From Paramecium tetraurelia (lineage: Eukaryota), in assembly GCA_000165425.1 (NCBI GenBank), contig CT868330.1, forward strand, positions 62,001-126,000: a stretch of DNA of 64,000 bases, in the 5' to 3' direction. Below, piece by piece: positions 1-12,360 of this stretch. A model generated the notes under the pieces. The model had not been told where the DNA came from. It made no database searches and saw nothing but the letters and a program-made list of their open reading frames with translations. A program made the translations under genes and the position numbers. Position 1 is the stretch's first letter. Each line of letters begins with the position of its first letter.

Positions 1-2917
1 TTGAAGGTAGAGGACAAGAACACTTGTGTTTAGGAAGAGAATCTGCTTCATTAATTGAAATGTCTGTTCTTGGCATTGAAGAATTCACAAAAATAATATC
101 ATAACCCAAAGAAGTTCTGTCATGCTTTCAAGGATTTGGATGGGAATCCAACAAATATTTTTGAACAAATGGATGTGGATGAATTTTGTAATTTACTTAT
201 GGATAGAATTGAATTGAATGTTAAGTCAACCTCAGATGAAGATCTAGTTAAACGCTTCTTTGGTGGTGTCATGTCCAATGAAATAATAGGTAAGACATGT
301 CCTCATTATTCCGAAAGAGAAGAACCCTTCTTTGCGATATCTCTTCCTGTTGCAAATAAAAAGAATCTAGAGGAGTGTCTACAAACATTGGTACATGGGG
401 ATTTGCTTGAAGGAGATAATGCCTACAATTGTGAGCAATGTAATAAAAAAGTCAGTGCTTTGAAGAGAATGTGCATTAAGAAATTGCCAGATCATCTCAT
501 TCTTGTATTGAAACGATTCAATTTTGATTTCGATTTGATGGCAAAAGCAAAAATCAACGATAGAATTGAATTCCCATTTGAATTGGATATGCAACCTTAC
601 TCTTAATAGGGATTAAGGCAATAGGAGAATAGATCTAATAATTCGAATGGACAGGACAACCCTTAAGAGTATTATTAATATAGATTAACAGGGGTTGTTA
701 TTCATATGGGTTCAGCAGATAGTGGGCATTATTATTCATTTATTCAGGATAAGAATGATTTAAATAAATGGTATGAATTCAACGATATTCTTGTGTCTCC
801 TGCTGACATAAAGGATCTTAAGAACGATGCATTCGGTGGGGCAGATAAGTTCTTGAAGAATAAATATCCTCCTCAAATGAAAGACAAATCTAAAAGTGCC
901 TACATGTTGTTTTATGAGAGAATTAACCCAATAAACGTCGCTGATTAATCATAAAAAATCGATGTTGAAATGGATTAGAAAACAATGCACTTTTTGGATG
1001 AAATCAAGGATGAAAACAGGAAATTCTAAATTCAACGCTTTATTTTTAGTCCAGAATACTTTACTTTTATGTAGAATTTGATTAAGTTCTAATTATAGCA
1101 ATAATAAGTCTAAGATCAAATCGTAAAAACACTAGTTTTCTTTTATTTGACATGTGCTGTTAGAGAGAATGATAAAACATTTGTCTCAAATAACATTGTA
1201 GATATGTAGGATTTATTAAGAAAATCACCTAAAACTTGTTAATGGCTATTAAAATGCTTCAATTAGCCATAATACATAAGAGAATTTTAATTTGATTGTT
1301 CAAAGAAGATGGTTAGGAAATTTGTGATTTCAATGATAATCACAGCCATAGATACTATTTAATAACATGAAGGCTACAAGGATCTATTTGAGATGGTTGA
1401 TGATAAGCCAAAATCATTAGTGGCTTCCTTGATAAATGCTTGGATCTTAATGATTCCAGAATTGAAAAAAAGTCTAAAGAATTCTGTTGAATTTTACGAT
1501 CTTTTCTATAAATTTGCAAAACTGCATTAATCTAATGCGCAATACTTAATTTCAAAGAGATTGGTGGGCAAATTGTTGGATTTGTCAATTGAAGTGCTAT
1601 TTGTGAACCCAAATAAAAATTTGATTCCTCAAAGAGAAGTTGTAAGAAGAATGGATGATATTAAAGTCATGAAATTCAACGATGATCCCAGCAACTATTT
1701 AGGATAGTAAAACTATTAGAATGTAGATGTTGCTTCAAGTTATTATGATGAGTTATTGGAAAAGAAATTTGAAAAGTCAATGAATTCTGGTCCTTCAACA
1801 AGTAGAGTGTATTTGTGGAGAGTGATAGCCTATTTAATAAAAGGAGAGTACAAGTAATTGCTATCTCCAGAGGAGTAGAGTCTACTTCAATTTGACATTC
1901 AATTTATCTCAATCCTTTTGGAAGAAGGAGATTGCAAATTGGCAATCAGAATGATTTCAGATATTCTGTGCACTTTTTCAACGGATAATTAAAAACAAAG
2001 TGATGCAGTTATCACTTCAATCGTTAAGTAAATAAATGATAAGGAATACAAAGAATACAGAAAGTATTTAGTTGTTCTCAAAAGAGTGTTTCAAATAAAG
2101 GATCAAATTACTGCTACAAGAGTATAAGTATATCATTATATTCTAGATCAATGCTGGAATGACTAAGTTATTGGACACCATGCAAAAATAGGGTCAATAC
2201 TTTTTAGAAACTGATGTTTGTTAGCAATACATTTTAAGGGTATAAATATATTCTCAAATATCTATAGATGGTCTTCAAGAATTAAGCAGTCCATCAATGG
2301 ATGGTCAAAAATTAAAGAGCTTGGCAATGGATACTAGAAAACCACAATACTCAACCACCTCCCAATGACAGATTAATTGCCAACAATCAGATCCCTTAGA
2401 AATGTTAACATAGATTACATAACATCTATCTACCCAACACTTCCTAGGGATATGCAAAATTATTGAGTTGGAAGAAATTATAATATGTCAATTTGCCCAA
2501 AGAACCTTTCAAATAAAATGATGATTTTGATACTGACGATGATTTGACTGAAAAAAATGTTAAGGTGGATGACAAGATTGACTTCTAGTAAATACTCCAT
2601 ATTTATTTTGTGTAGTGACTAAAACCAATGGATTACTGCGACTGTCAGCAAAGTGATGGGAGATTACATTCATCTAACCTTCAGTGGAAAGATGGCACCT
2701 CAAAATATGGACATTGAATTAGACAATGAACGACTGGCTCCATTTAATACTCTATCTAGCAACAATAAAATACCTGGTATTCTTAATTGCTATTCTTTAA
2801 TTAGGGTACAATAACCAGAGTTATGAGATGGTTATTGAACATCAGTCTGATCATGACAATGATACAGAGGAGGGCAACAATAATTCAAATAATTAAACTG
2901 ATTCCGATGAAGAATGA
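1..2917 (+). CDS. Ubiquitin C-terminal hydrolase, USP9/24/34-like (5' partial)
   Basis: EQMDVDEF, LEGDNAYNCEQC, LPDHLILVLKRF and His box HMGSADSGHYYSFI...WYEFND; SAYMLFYER. Introns at 2122-2146, 2240-2267, 2588-2615, 2777-2804. TGA at 2915-2917. Confidence 0.93.
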
Positions 2918-2974
2918 AATTAATAATCAAGAAAGTATTACATTACATAGTTAATATATAATATATATTTTAAT

Positions 2975-3775
2975 ATGTCTAAATAATGGTAGATGCATCA
3001 GAGTGTGCAAGAGAGTTTGTGTTCTTCTCTAAATAAAGACGAAATTCTAGAAGAATTTATAAATATTTGCAATTATATATCCCAAGAGGATCAAAAAAGC
3101 ATAAAGAGTTTGAATTCAAAAATAAAAACAATTAAGAAACATTATGCTTAATAGAAATGCCGAATAGAACATCAATTTAAATACATCTAAACTTTATTAG
3201 AACAAAAAAAGAAGGAGTTAATGTCCTTATTAAGTACTCATGAATAGGAAATTGATAAAACATTCAAAAATTTACTTGAATAAGTAACTCAAATCCAATC
3301 TGTAATCAATAACATCTAAAATGACATACTCAGTAATAGATAGGAAATTGTATCAGAAGTGGATGACGATACCTTTCACAATATTCTCTCTCAATTCGAT
3401 CAAGAAATCCAAATGACATAAAAATACAAAAAGGATTTATTGTCTCAAAAAATTACTCTCATCATTATTGAAGAATGGACTTCACATCATCAAGACGTGA
3501 TCAAGAATCTACTCAATCAATGCATAACAATAAAGGATTATCAAAAGCAAATTGAAACATAACACTCAGAATTAAGTGCCTCGACCAGTAGTGACAAGTT
3601 TTATTCTTCCAGCAGATCCAGCTAAGAACTATGTATGAAACAATAAACTCCCTTGATAGTTAGTTTTGACTAAAAATATTTTCTACCCTAAAAATAAACT
3701 GAGATATCAAAATCTGATTCTGATATGCATGATAGTTGCGAGTCTGATTTCCTAAGAGAAATGACGTAATCCTGA
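2975..3775 (+). CDS. Hypothetical coiled-coil protein (266 aa)
   Basis: Intronless code-6 ORF MSKQWQMHQSVQESLC...REMTQS*, 267 codons, helical/charged composition. Confidence 0.75.
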
Positions 3776-4353
3776 ATTGTTATAATTATGGCCATTCACT
3801 TATTTTATTTTGAGTATTATAATTTATATTTACTAATAATAAAAAAATAAATTAATTTTATTTCCTGTCTTACCTCATTTCATTTCAAAGTTAGCTGACA
3901 TTTTTCTTGATTTTTTATGATTTTACTATGACCTAAATAAATTAATTTTTGGTCTTGCAATATAAAAGCTTTCAATATTTAATAATCGCTTGTTAAAATT
4001 GTTCACAACATCTACAAATTTTTTATCAGTTTTGTTTATACTCACTTTCATTGATTTCGATTATTATACAAATTTATATAGTTGTTCAACCTTAGGTTCT
4101 TCGAATTTAATTAATATGGATATTAAACCTTTGAAATAACAGAATGTACAACTATGTTTTAATAATACACTTATATATTATATTATTATGGTTAGTAAAT
4201 AACATATTTTAATTAAATGTTACTGAACACTTTTTTGTATGAAATAAAATAAAGAAATACTACTTTAGTTGATCGACAACTTGTTTAACGGAGGAGAAGG
4301 ATAAAATGCAAAGTTGTATTTGATAAAAATATTTCTATATATATATTTTGTTT

Positions 4354-4756
4354 TCAAAGTGTAGTGATTATGTATTCTTATTCTTTTAAAACTTTATCAT
4401 TAAGTATGATTTTGAGATTCAATTTAGAGAATTTTGTAACATTTGAGTAGGATGCTTGTTTAAACTGTTCATTTTGTTCAAATTAAATTTTTTTTTTTCT
4501 GTAATTATGCAGGATAGTTTTAGCAGTAGCATAATTGATCTTAAGATCCTTGGCAATCTAAAGGAGATATTATAATATAGAGTACTCTTTTAATTTTGCA
4601 TTTCTACTAAAGAACAGTTTGAATCAACTATTTCTTTTTTTCCTTCGATATCATTTTGTATTGTCTTTTTGTAAATTATTGATCCTCCTTTTCTAAAGGT
4701 TTATACCCTGGTTGTTTGTTTCCATTGTCATTTATGGGTACTTTTATAAGCGACAT
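4354..4756 (-). CDS. Small helix-turn-helix (homeodomain-like) protein
   Basis: MSLIKVP...KRQYKMISKEKKKQLIQTVLQQKCKIKR/IAKDLKINYATAKTILHNYRKK. Removing the 28-nt intron 4558-4585 gives 125 codons. Confidence 0.8.
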
Positions 4757-4928
4757 GTAATTTGATAAAAAAGTTTTTTTATTGTTAATTCATTAATATG
4801 TTCCGAATAGATTTGGATTAAATAATATATTTTTTATACTGTAATTTATAATTTATACAGCATAAGAATAAATAAAACAACCAAATCTAAATCCACAACC
4901 CATGTGATTATGAATTATAGAAACAATG

Positions 4929-5480
4929 ATGCATAATTTATTTCCTTGTGATAAAACTGCAAAAATATCAAGTATGATTGGATTGCTTGCAGATCAAGGA
5001 TGGATTTAGAATGATTTGGAAGATGTTGTGACCATTCCTAAGTTTATGAAGAGTAAAAAAAAGTGTAACATTTACAGGGTATTGATCATACGAAATAGTT
5101 GGCCAATAAAAATGAATCCACCCTTTTGCAGTTAAAATTTAAGTATAAATTCAAAAATGCGAAAACTACCTTATTATTATGTTAATCTATAAATGCGATT
5201 ATAATCACTCTTCAAATAATGAGTCGATAATCGATTTAATAACTCAATTAATAAATTCAAATCATTCATTTAAACTTGAATACCAAGGTAACAATACAGA
5301 TTGTAAAGAATAATTATTGTCAGGCTTTTTGATAAATTTGAGGGGCAAATCAAAAGTCTATAAGAAACAAAGGATGTCATAACAAAATAAATGAATCTTA
5401 TGCAGCAATAAAGCTTGTGTATAAAAAGAGAAAGATATTTATGGTAGTAGTTTTTTGCAATTTGTGAAACTGATAGTTTA
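4929..5480 (+). pseudogene. Possible decayed SKP1-like remnant
   Basis: Fragments FPCDKTAKISSMIGLLADQG...EDVVTIPKF and LINLRGKS weakly resemble SKP1 but lie in different frames with TGAs. Confidence 0.25.
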
Positions 5481-5617
5481 GATTCTTTCGTAGTAAGAAA
5501 TTATATAGTCTGTAATTTTGCTAGAATAATGAAGGTTTCAGAAGATAATTTATATAAATTTTGGAATTCATATGAAAATGGGATTGGGTTTTATATATAG
5601 ATTTATAAAACACAGAC

Positions 5618-6154
5618 TCAATTTTTACTCTTTAATTTTGGTCTATAACCTATTTGTTCAGTTAATTCTTTAAATTTTGCCATCTACCTGTAATTGTTGG
5701 TGATACAAGGGGGGTAGGATGATTTAAGATCAACAGATTTGTTTTAATTGTGAAGCGATTATTTCATTTTGATCTACTATTTTTTATCGATTGATATCAC
5801 TCTATGAGACTTGAAGTCGAAAGGTTTTCTCTCTCTTTCTTCACATTATTTACACATTAATCTGATATCCTGCAAAATTGGAAATTTAGTCTGAAGGTCT
5901 ATTTTTCTTAATTTTGCTTTGTATGATTTCCCATCATTCGTAGTGATCACAGTTTCTGTTTTGACATAATCCAAAGGAAATTGTACATAATAGTTGTGTT
6001 TTTCGGTATCTGAGATTATTTATTTAATGGGTCTATGAGCCTTTCCATAGTTTACTACGGAATGTAACAAAATTGTATTTTCAGTGGTATCTATTTTGTG
6101 AAGTAGTCCATTGTATCGAGTATGATTGGGTGTTTCTATGTTTATGGTCATCAT
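5618..6154 (-). CDS. Lsm14/Scd6-like Sm-domain protein (178 aa)
   Basis: INIETPNHTRYNGLLHKIDTTENTILLHSVVNYGKAHRP resembles the Lsm14 N-domain ([39 protein letters not shown]). Intronless, 179 codons. Confidence 0.65.
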
Positions 6155-6234
6155 CTATTCTATTATAATTCCGATTATAATGTAATTTTTTTTAATATGA
6201 TTTTAATAAATATTTAAATAAAATAAAACAAAGC

Positions 6235-6449
6235 ATGCCAAACCATTTATTCAGAACTCACCCCAGAACTTACGGAAAGGATTCAAGAGGTAATTCTGAT
6301 TGAGATTTCATAGAATGCAGAGTATGTGCTGCCAGATAAGGTTTGATTAGAAAATATGGTATGAATGTGTGCAGAAGATGTTTCAGAGAGAATTACGAAT
6401 TGATAGGATTTCATAAGGTAATTCATTTACTTATATTCAGTACAATTGA
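6235..6449 (+). CDS. RPS29: 40S ribosomal protein S29 (uS14)
   Basis: [55 protein letters not shown], with introns 6290-6313 and 6418-6440. Confidence 0.98.
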
Positions 6450-6734
6450 CGTGTCTTTGATATAATAATAACAATATTTAATCGTATATCTAAATTTCCA
6501 CTCCTCCCATATTAAACTATATATATAATTGCAAAATTTGAAATTCTCAATCGAAGTCTTTTTAAGCATATTTCGGGATTTCAACTTATTTAAAACAGTC
6601 CTCTTCTTACTGCTTCCTTGCGCAATCTTAATTAGACCACATCTATTGAATTAACTAACTGGGATCAAAGAATCATTACACCAAATATGATTAAATAGTG
6701 AATTGATAAACAATATATTATTTAATTACATAAT

Positions 6735-8195
6735 ATGATTAAGGCGGATTAGATTGTGCCCTATTCTGCACTATATATTGATATGTAGTACAGACACCTG
6801 TTCAACACATTGTGGTCATACTTGAAACCAATAGATTAGGATAAGTACATTCAATAGGTAAAGATTAATCTAATTTCCTAGATCGAAGAGGTTTGGCTTG
6901 GAGGATTGAAAAATTAAAAAATACTAGTGACCTTATGTGTCCGAGCCTCTACAGATTTGGTATTACAAGTAAAGACTCTTTCCATTATAAAAGGCTTTAA
7001 ATTGGCCACCAGGGTCTGAAGTTATAATTACAGGAATTAACATACCAGACATGGTTTAAGTGTTGAGGTTAAATGGTCTCATCCCTGTGCCCATTGAAGT
7101 AGATCCCCATACATTAGGATGCACACTTGATCAATTTAAAAAATTTTACACCGAAAAAGTATATATTGATCATATCATTAGACCAAAGGCATTATGATTT
7201 CCTATGTATTTGGGGCCAAATTTGATGCATCAGAAATTATTGATTGGGCCAAGTCAAAAGGATTGTTCATTATGGAAGATGAAGCTGAAAGTTTTAGTGC
7301 ACCTAATGCTAAATGTAAAATCAACTGTATTCTAAATATAGTAAACCCTAATGTGGATTTTTCCACTTTTAGTTTCGGTTCCATAAAAACTTGTTCTGCT
7401 TTCGGAGGCTCTATAAGTGTCATTCGAAATAATGAGGCTCTTTACAGGAAGATGAAAGCCATTCAAGAAACCTATCCCAAATGGTCTTAAAGAAAGTAAT
7501 ATCTAAACATAACAGTCTTAGTTATTTCAAGAGAACCTTAAAAAATCTAATCCCTATGATTTTGTTAAATAGTAGAACAATCAACAGGAGTTCCAGATGG
7601 ATTTTCATCAACTTCTTTCCAAATTGGGACTACAAAGAATTTGTGGTCAATAGCATCAGAGGATTTCAAAAAAACCCAGATGATATTCTGCAAACTTATC
7701 GATTTAGAGTTCCTGATCCCATGTTGGTTATGTTGGCTTTGCGAATGAAAACTTTTGATACTGATCAATTCAATATGTCAATCTCTCGATAATTGGTTGG
7801 TCAGAGTATTTTGAAGAAAGGCGGCTTGCTTGTACCAGGACATGCAGTAGAAGATAGAAGATTTTGGTAAGAATTATTTAAGTTATTTTTCTAAGGCTTT
7901 ATCCAGTCGTTGTTGCGGATCCTGAAACCACTTATAAGGTGTTGAATTCGAGGGGAATAGATGCCTACATGGGAGTCACACAATTGGATATTGTAGAAAG
8001 CCCTATTGGTAGTTCCTACTAATATCCAAACAGTACTTTGTCATATTTTAAAAATGTAAATTGATTTAAGTTGATATCTATCAGATTTTGTATCTACCGA
8101 TTCATCAGAATGCAGATTTGAAATCTATTCAGCGTATTTGTAAGGAGGTTGTTGAGGTTGTGGAGATGTTGAAGAGTCAACACCCAAAGTTATGA
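6735..8195 (+). CDS. DegT/DnrJ/EryC1/StrS-family PLP-dependent aminotransferase-like protein
   Basis: PPGSEVIITGINIPDMV...GLIPVPIEVDP, TEKTKGIMISYVFG, IMEDEAESF, FSFGSIKTCSAFGG (putative PLP lysine), LYLPIH. Several tiny introns. Confidence 0.85.
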
Positions 8196-8424
8196 TTTAA
8201 TTTATATTAATAATTATCAATTTCGATTAATTGATTCAGTGTTTTTATGTCCTCTAGACAACTTTAATATAATAGCTGAATTTTATAAACTGGAAAATAT
8301 AAATTATAATTTATTTCATTATACTCAAGCCTTGATTTCATGTATCTGAGTTGATAATTTAATTTATTCCTTTAGAAAATTATTTAAAAAATCTTTTTTT
8401 AACACTTCAAATTCAAGAATTGTA

Positions 8425-8826
8425 ATGAATTTCGATGATGCTTCTTTATCTTCACTCCATACTTACAGAGTTAAAACCCGTTAATAGCAAAAAGGAATTT
8501 AACCTTCCATTCAAAAATCAAAAAGAAAATACTGTCATATTTCTCCTGATAGAAAGAATCAGTTAATATCTCTCGTGCTCGATAAAAAGCTTAGAATTAA
8601 AGATGTACTAAACCATACATATACTTTACATTAGGCAGCTGTTATTTGTAGTTTAAATTATTCCACAGCCAAAACCATACTGTATACTTTGAGACATCGA
8701 CCTCCTAAGTAAGCTGGAGTATAGCCAATTTCGAATTCAAGAAAACAAAACCTCACCGTCAAAATTCTTATCAAGGGCAAGCTTGTGAATGAATATGATT
8801 TTTATAAAAAATCGAATCAGAGTTGA
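8425..8826 (+). CDS. Small helix-turn-helix protein, same family as 4354-4756
   Basis: KRKYCHISPDRKNQLISLVLDKKLRIKD/AAVICSLNYSTAKTILYTLR. A 30-nt intron (8605-8634) sits at the same position as in the paralog; 124 codons. Confidence 0.8.
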
Positions 8827-9879
8827 AGTATATTAATTACATCTCATAAATAAAATCTTATGAAATTGACATTTATTATAACTCTTTTGAACTAAAATAT
8901 TTAAAGGTGTGTATACATCAAATCTAAATACTAAGCAACAGGTTCATTTTAAATATCAATAGTCTTAATTTTCTTTCATCAATGTGATTAATTACATTTT
9001 ATATATAAATCTTTTTTGTAAATACTATGTCATGAACACTGTTCTAAGTCATCTTTTTTATATCAAACTATTTTGTTCAGATTTTTCTAATTATTATCGG
9101 AAAAACTGAATAATTTTTCTAGGAATATTGCTGCATTTAAAGCGAGACTCATCTAATCAATTACTTTAGATATGAGACAATTATGGTTTACTACAAGGTT
9201 CAGGTGCGTTTTTCTTCCCTTTCCTCTTCGGTAATGAAGGTCATATTAAGTTCGACAGTGTAGATGGACAAATTTATAAACGATATTTTAACAAGGATTC
9301 ATACATTATTTTATAATTTTAAACTTTGCCATATGATAGGGATGACAAAATTATTATCATTTCTCTTATTGAAAAAAATTATGTTCTCAAGAAGGGTATA
9401 TAAATAACAATAACAATTATTCAAAATTAAATTAAAATTCATTAATTTTAAATTCTAATTAGAAGATGCCTAAATAAATGAAAAAATTATTTCCAGTGCT
9501 TCCTCAATTTAAAGATGATTATATTGGAAATAATAATTACTTAGAACGAATATAACCTCAAATCCAAAAGCTCAAAACCATAGTACAAGTACCATGAAAC
9601 CTAAAAAATAATTTTTTATTTCGCAATTTATTTTTAAATACTATGTTTACTAATTTCTCATTCATTTTTATTTTTAAATCTCAATGAAATTTATTAGGAG
9701 AATATACTTGTTTTTATCAAAATATAGTTGCATTTATTTAGTTTATCAAAATATTTAAGTTACATGAATTTTCCTAAATATTTCATATTTAATATATCCT
9801 TGCAATAATCAGTAATGGTTAGATATTTAATTTTTAGGAAAATTCAAATCAACTTCTTTTTTATAGAACTTAAATAAAC

Positions 9880-10510
9880 TGTTGGACTTCCCATTAGAAC
9901 TGGTTATATAGTTTTTATAATTATGGCTTTTTGATTAAAAAACCCTTTAAAACTGAGATGTACTTAGATTGAAATGAAGAGCATTTGAAATTTTTGGTAA
10001 TCAAAATAAAAGGAATTCCCAATAATTGGTTGAATCATGCCTTTATATATGGTCATCAAAATAGGATTGGATTAAACAATTGCACATCTTAATTAAGATT
10101 TTATTAAGCAATTTGTAATTATTAATAGATCTGGATCTATTGAATCTATTTTTAAAATTTGATCATCGAGTCTGTTTAACGGCTGCTTAAGCATTATAAC
10201 ATTCATATCTACAGATTTTACACAGCGAAGTAGATGATGTATATGAGTAAGCTTTATTTTACATAAGCCAACATCTCTTCCAGTCAATCCCTTGGAATTT
10301 TGAGTTTGAAAAATATGAATTGACTAATTGAAAGGTAGCTATTCCAACAAAATATTCTAGATATGCTCTATGAAGAGATTTTGTTTTATCATTTTTCACA
10401 ATTTAGAAATTAGCAGTTCGAAACACTATAATCTGATTAATCATTAATAAGCCATATAGTAGACAATGAAAATGCTAGGATAGTTGATCAAAATGCTGAT
10501 GAATGATTTT
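9880..10510 (+). pseudogene. MAP kinase C-terminal pseudogene fragment
   Basis: DLLNLFLKFDHRVCLTAAQALQHSYLQILHSEVDD, PTSLPVNPLEF(frameshift)EFEKYELT and DMLYEEILFYHF. Contains frameshifts and in-frame TGAs; no kinase N-lobe is recognisable upstream. Confidence 0.75.
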
Positions 10511-10876
10511 GAATAATGAACAATGAATTAATATTTGTAATATTGTATACAATGGTTTGAATTATAATATCTAATTTAATATATAGATTATGAAGATATA
10601 TATATCATATTAATTCGAATTCAAGAACATAGATTATTAAGAGTTCAACTTCAAAATATCTGAATTTGAATTTGAATTGAATCTTAAGTAATTCTTGTTG
10701 TATATGATGGCGTTGAAAAGAAATTAAAAATAATTTAACTAAGTTATGGAAGATAATTTGTATCTATTTAAAATATTATTAAACTATTAATACAAATAGG
10801 AGTGATTAACTTTATCAAAGTAAAATCGTAAAATTAAAATAGGTGTTTGTATATTAATCAATTATATTAAATCTAA

Positions 10877-12360
10877 ATGTAAATGATTTAGTAGTGCCTT
10901 GTATTCTTATCTTTGTTGCTTATCGCTCTTTCATAGGATTGCCTTGATTAGGATGGAAATGCAGTAGATTGGTGGTTCATTTTAAAAATGCCAGGTAGCA
11001 GAAAATTTGGATGGTCAGGTATCTTAGAGATTAATATACTTAGGTCTTGATTACTTTTATTGTGATAGTGTGAACGATTGTGATGAATTCGATCTCCAAT
11101 AGGATGATTTAGATTCTGAGGATTCTCCTCTGATAAGGACGATCCGTCCTATTAATTTTAAGGAGAAAGATGTCCTTAGTTTGTTATGGAGTGATTAGCC
11201 TAATGATAGTTTAGATTATCCTAACAATGCTCATTCAAAGGGTATAATGAGAGCAAGTTTGAATGGAAATAATAAGGCATTTATAATATCTCACTCAACT
11301 CCTAGATTCCCAAAGTTAAATAGTGAGGGGGAGTAATTAAATTGTTACTATATTAATTAGAATTGATGATACAGTTGAAGATAATTTTCATAGAAATGGA
11401 CAACATTTCATGTGTTTATCTACAACAACTAGTGATATAGATGAATATTTAGCAAAATTATATATAGAAGCAGAAATTAGTATTTATCAACATAGTTCAA
11501 CACCTGATAAAGCTTCCAAATTTAGAGAATTTAGAAATTTGGTTGATTTATGGGCAACTAGAAAGTCTTCCAAAAGGACAAGTGGTTCTTCTGTTTATAC
11601 AAAATCTGTAATAAAATTCTGAATATTAAAGAGAGAGTTGAAAAAGTAAATGACATTTGAAACAAGAGGTGGTTAAACTTTTGAAATTTTTTCAAAAAAT
11701 GAGAACTATAGGAAGGATTTCTATGCAAATGTTGTAGCACCTTATTTAAAATAAGATTTTGTGTTAGAATCGTGGGTGAGACAATATAAAGTGAAAGGAT
11801 TATAGGAAGCAGATTGCGACAATAGATATAAAACATTGTCAAATGAGGTAGTAAAATTTACAGGTTACTAAGACGATGAACTAATAGAGTTTGAATATAG
11901 ATACACTAAAGATCATTCAAAGTATGGGATAACACTTCCTAGAGATTCTGCTTCAGCAGGTGCCTCATTTATCACAAATACATAACACACATTAAAGGGT
12001 TAAATATTTGCAAGTAACCAACATTCAAGAAAAAGAGAGGAATAAGTTTTTATTGGAGGTGATGATGAAACAATGGATGATGGAAAACTGCTCGGTAGAA
12101 AAAGAAATAGAGATGAAGATTCTGAGGAACCAACAAGTAGAAAGAGAAAAAGAGAAGATGGTAAAACATCATCCAAAAAACCAAAGGTGATTCATGAAAA
12201 ATACGTTTGTATCAGTGACTTAAATAGACAGCCATCATAGTGGGAAAGGGGAGGACTTGTGTATTGCTTTTACAATGAAGGTTTGTGGACTGTAATAAAG
12301 GAAGCATTTATAGGGATATAAGAATGTGAAGAAGAAGATGAATTAGAAATAGATGGTTGA
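10877..12360 (+). CDS. Deoxyribonuclease II (acid DNase) family protein with signal peptide (468 aa)
   Basis: CLDQDGNAVDWWFILKMP, AHSKG, SHSTPRFP, NGQHFMCLS, DHSKY, CISDLNRQPSQWERGG. Introns 11019-11043, 11333-11360, 11608-11631. Confidence 0.92.

Noticed and set aside
3880..4345. Minus-strand open frame ending ...RKMSANFE*
   Set aside because: No in-frame ATG near the 5' end and no recognisable motif. Chance ORF or relic.
4354..8826. Composite transposon bounded by the two HTH genes
   Set aside because: No DDE domain, TIRs or nucleotide-level identity seen, and the enclosed genes include housekeeping RPS29.
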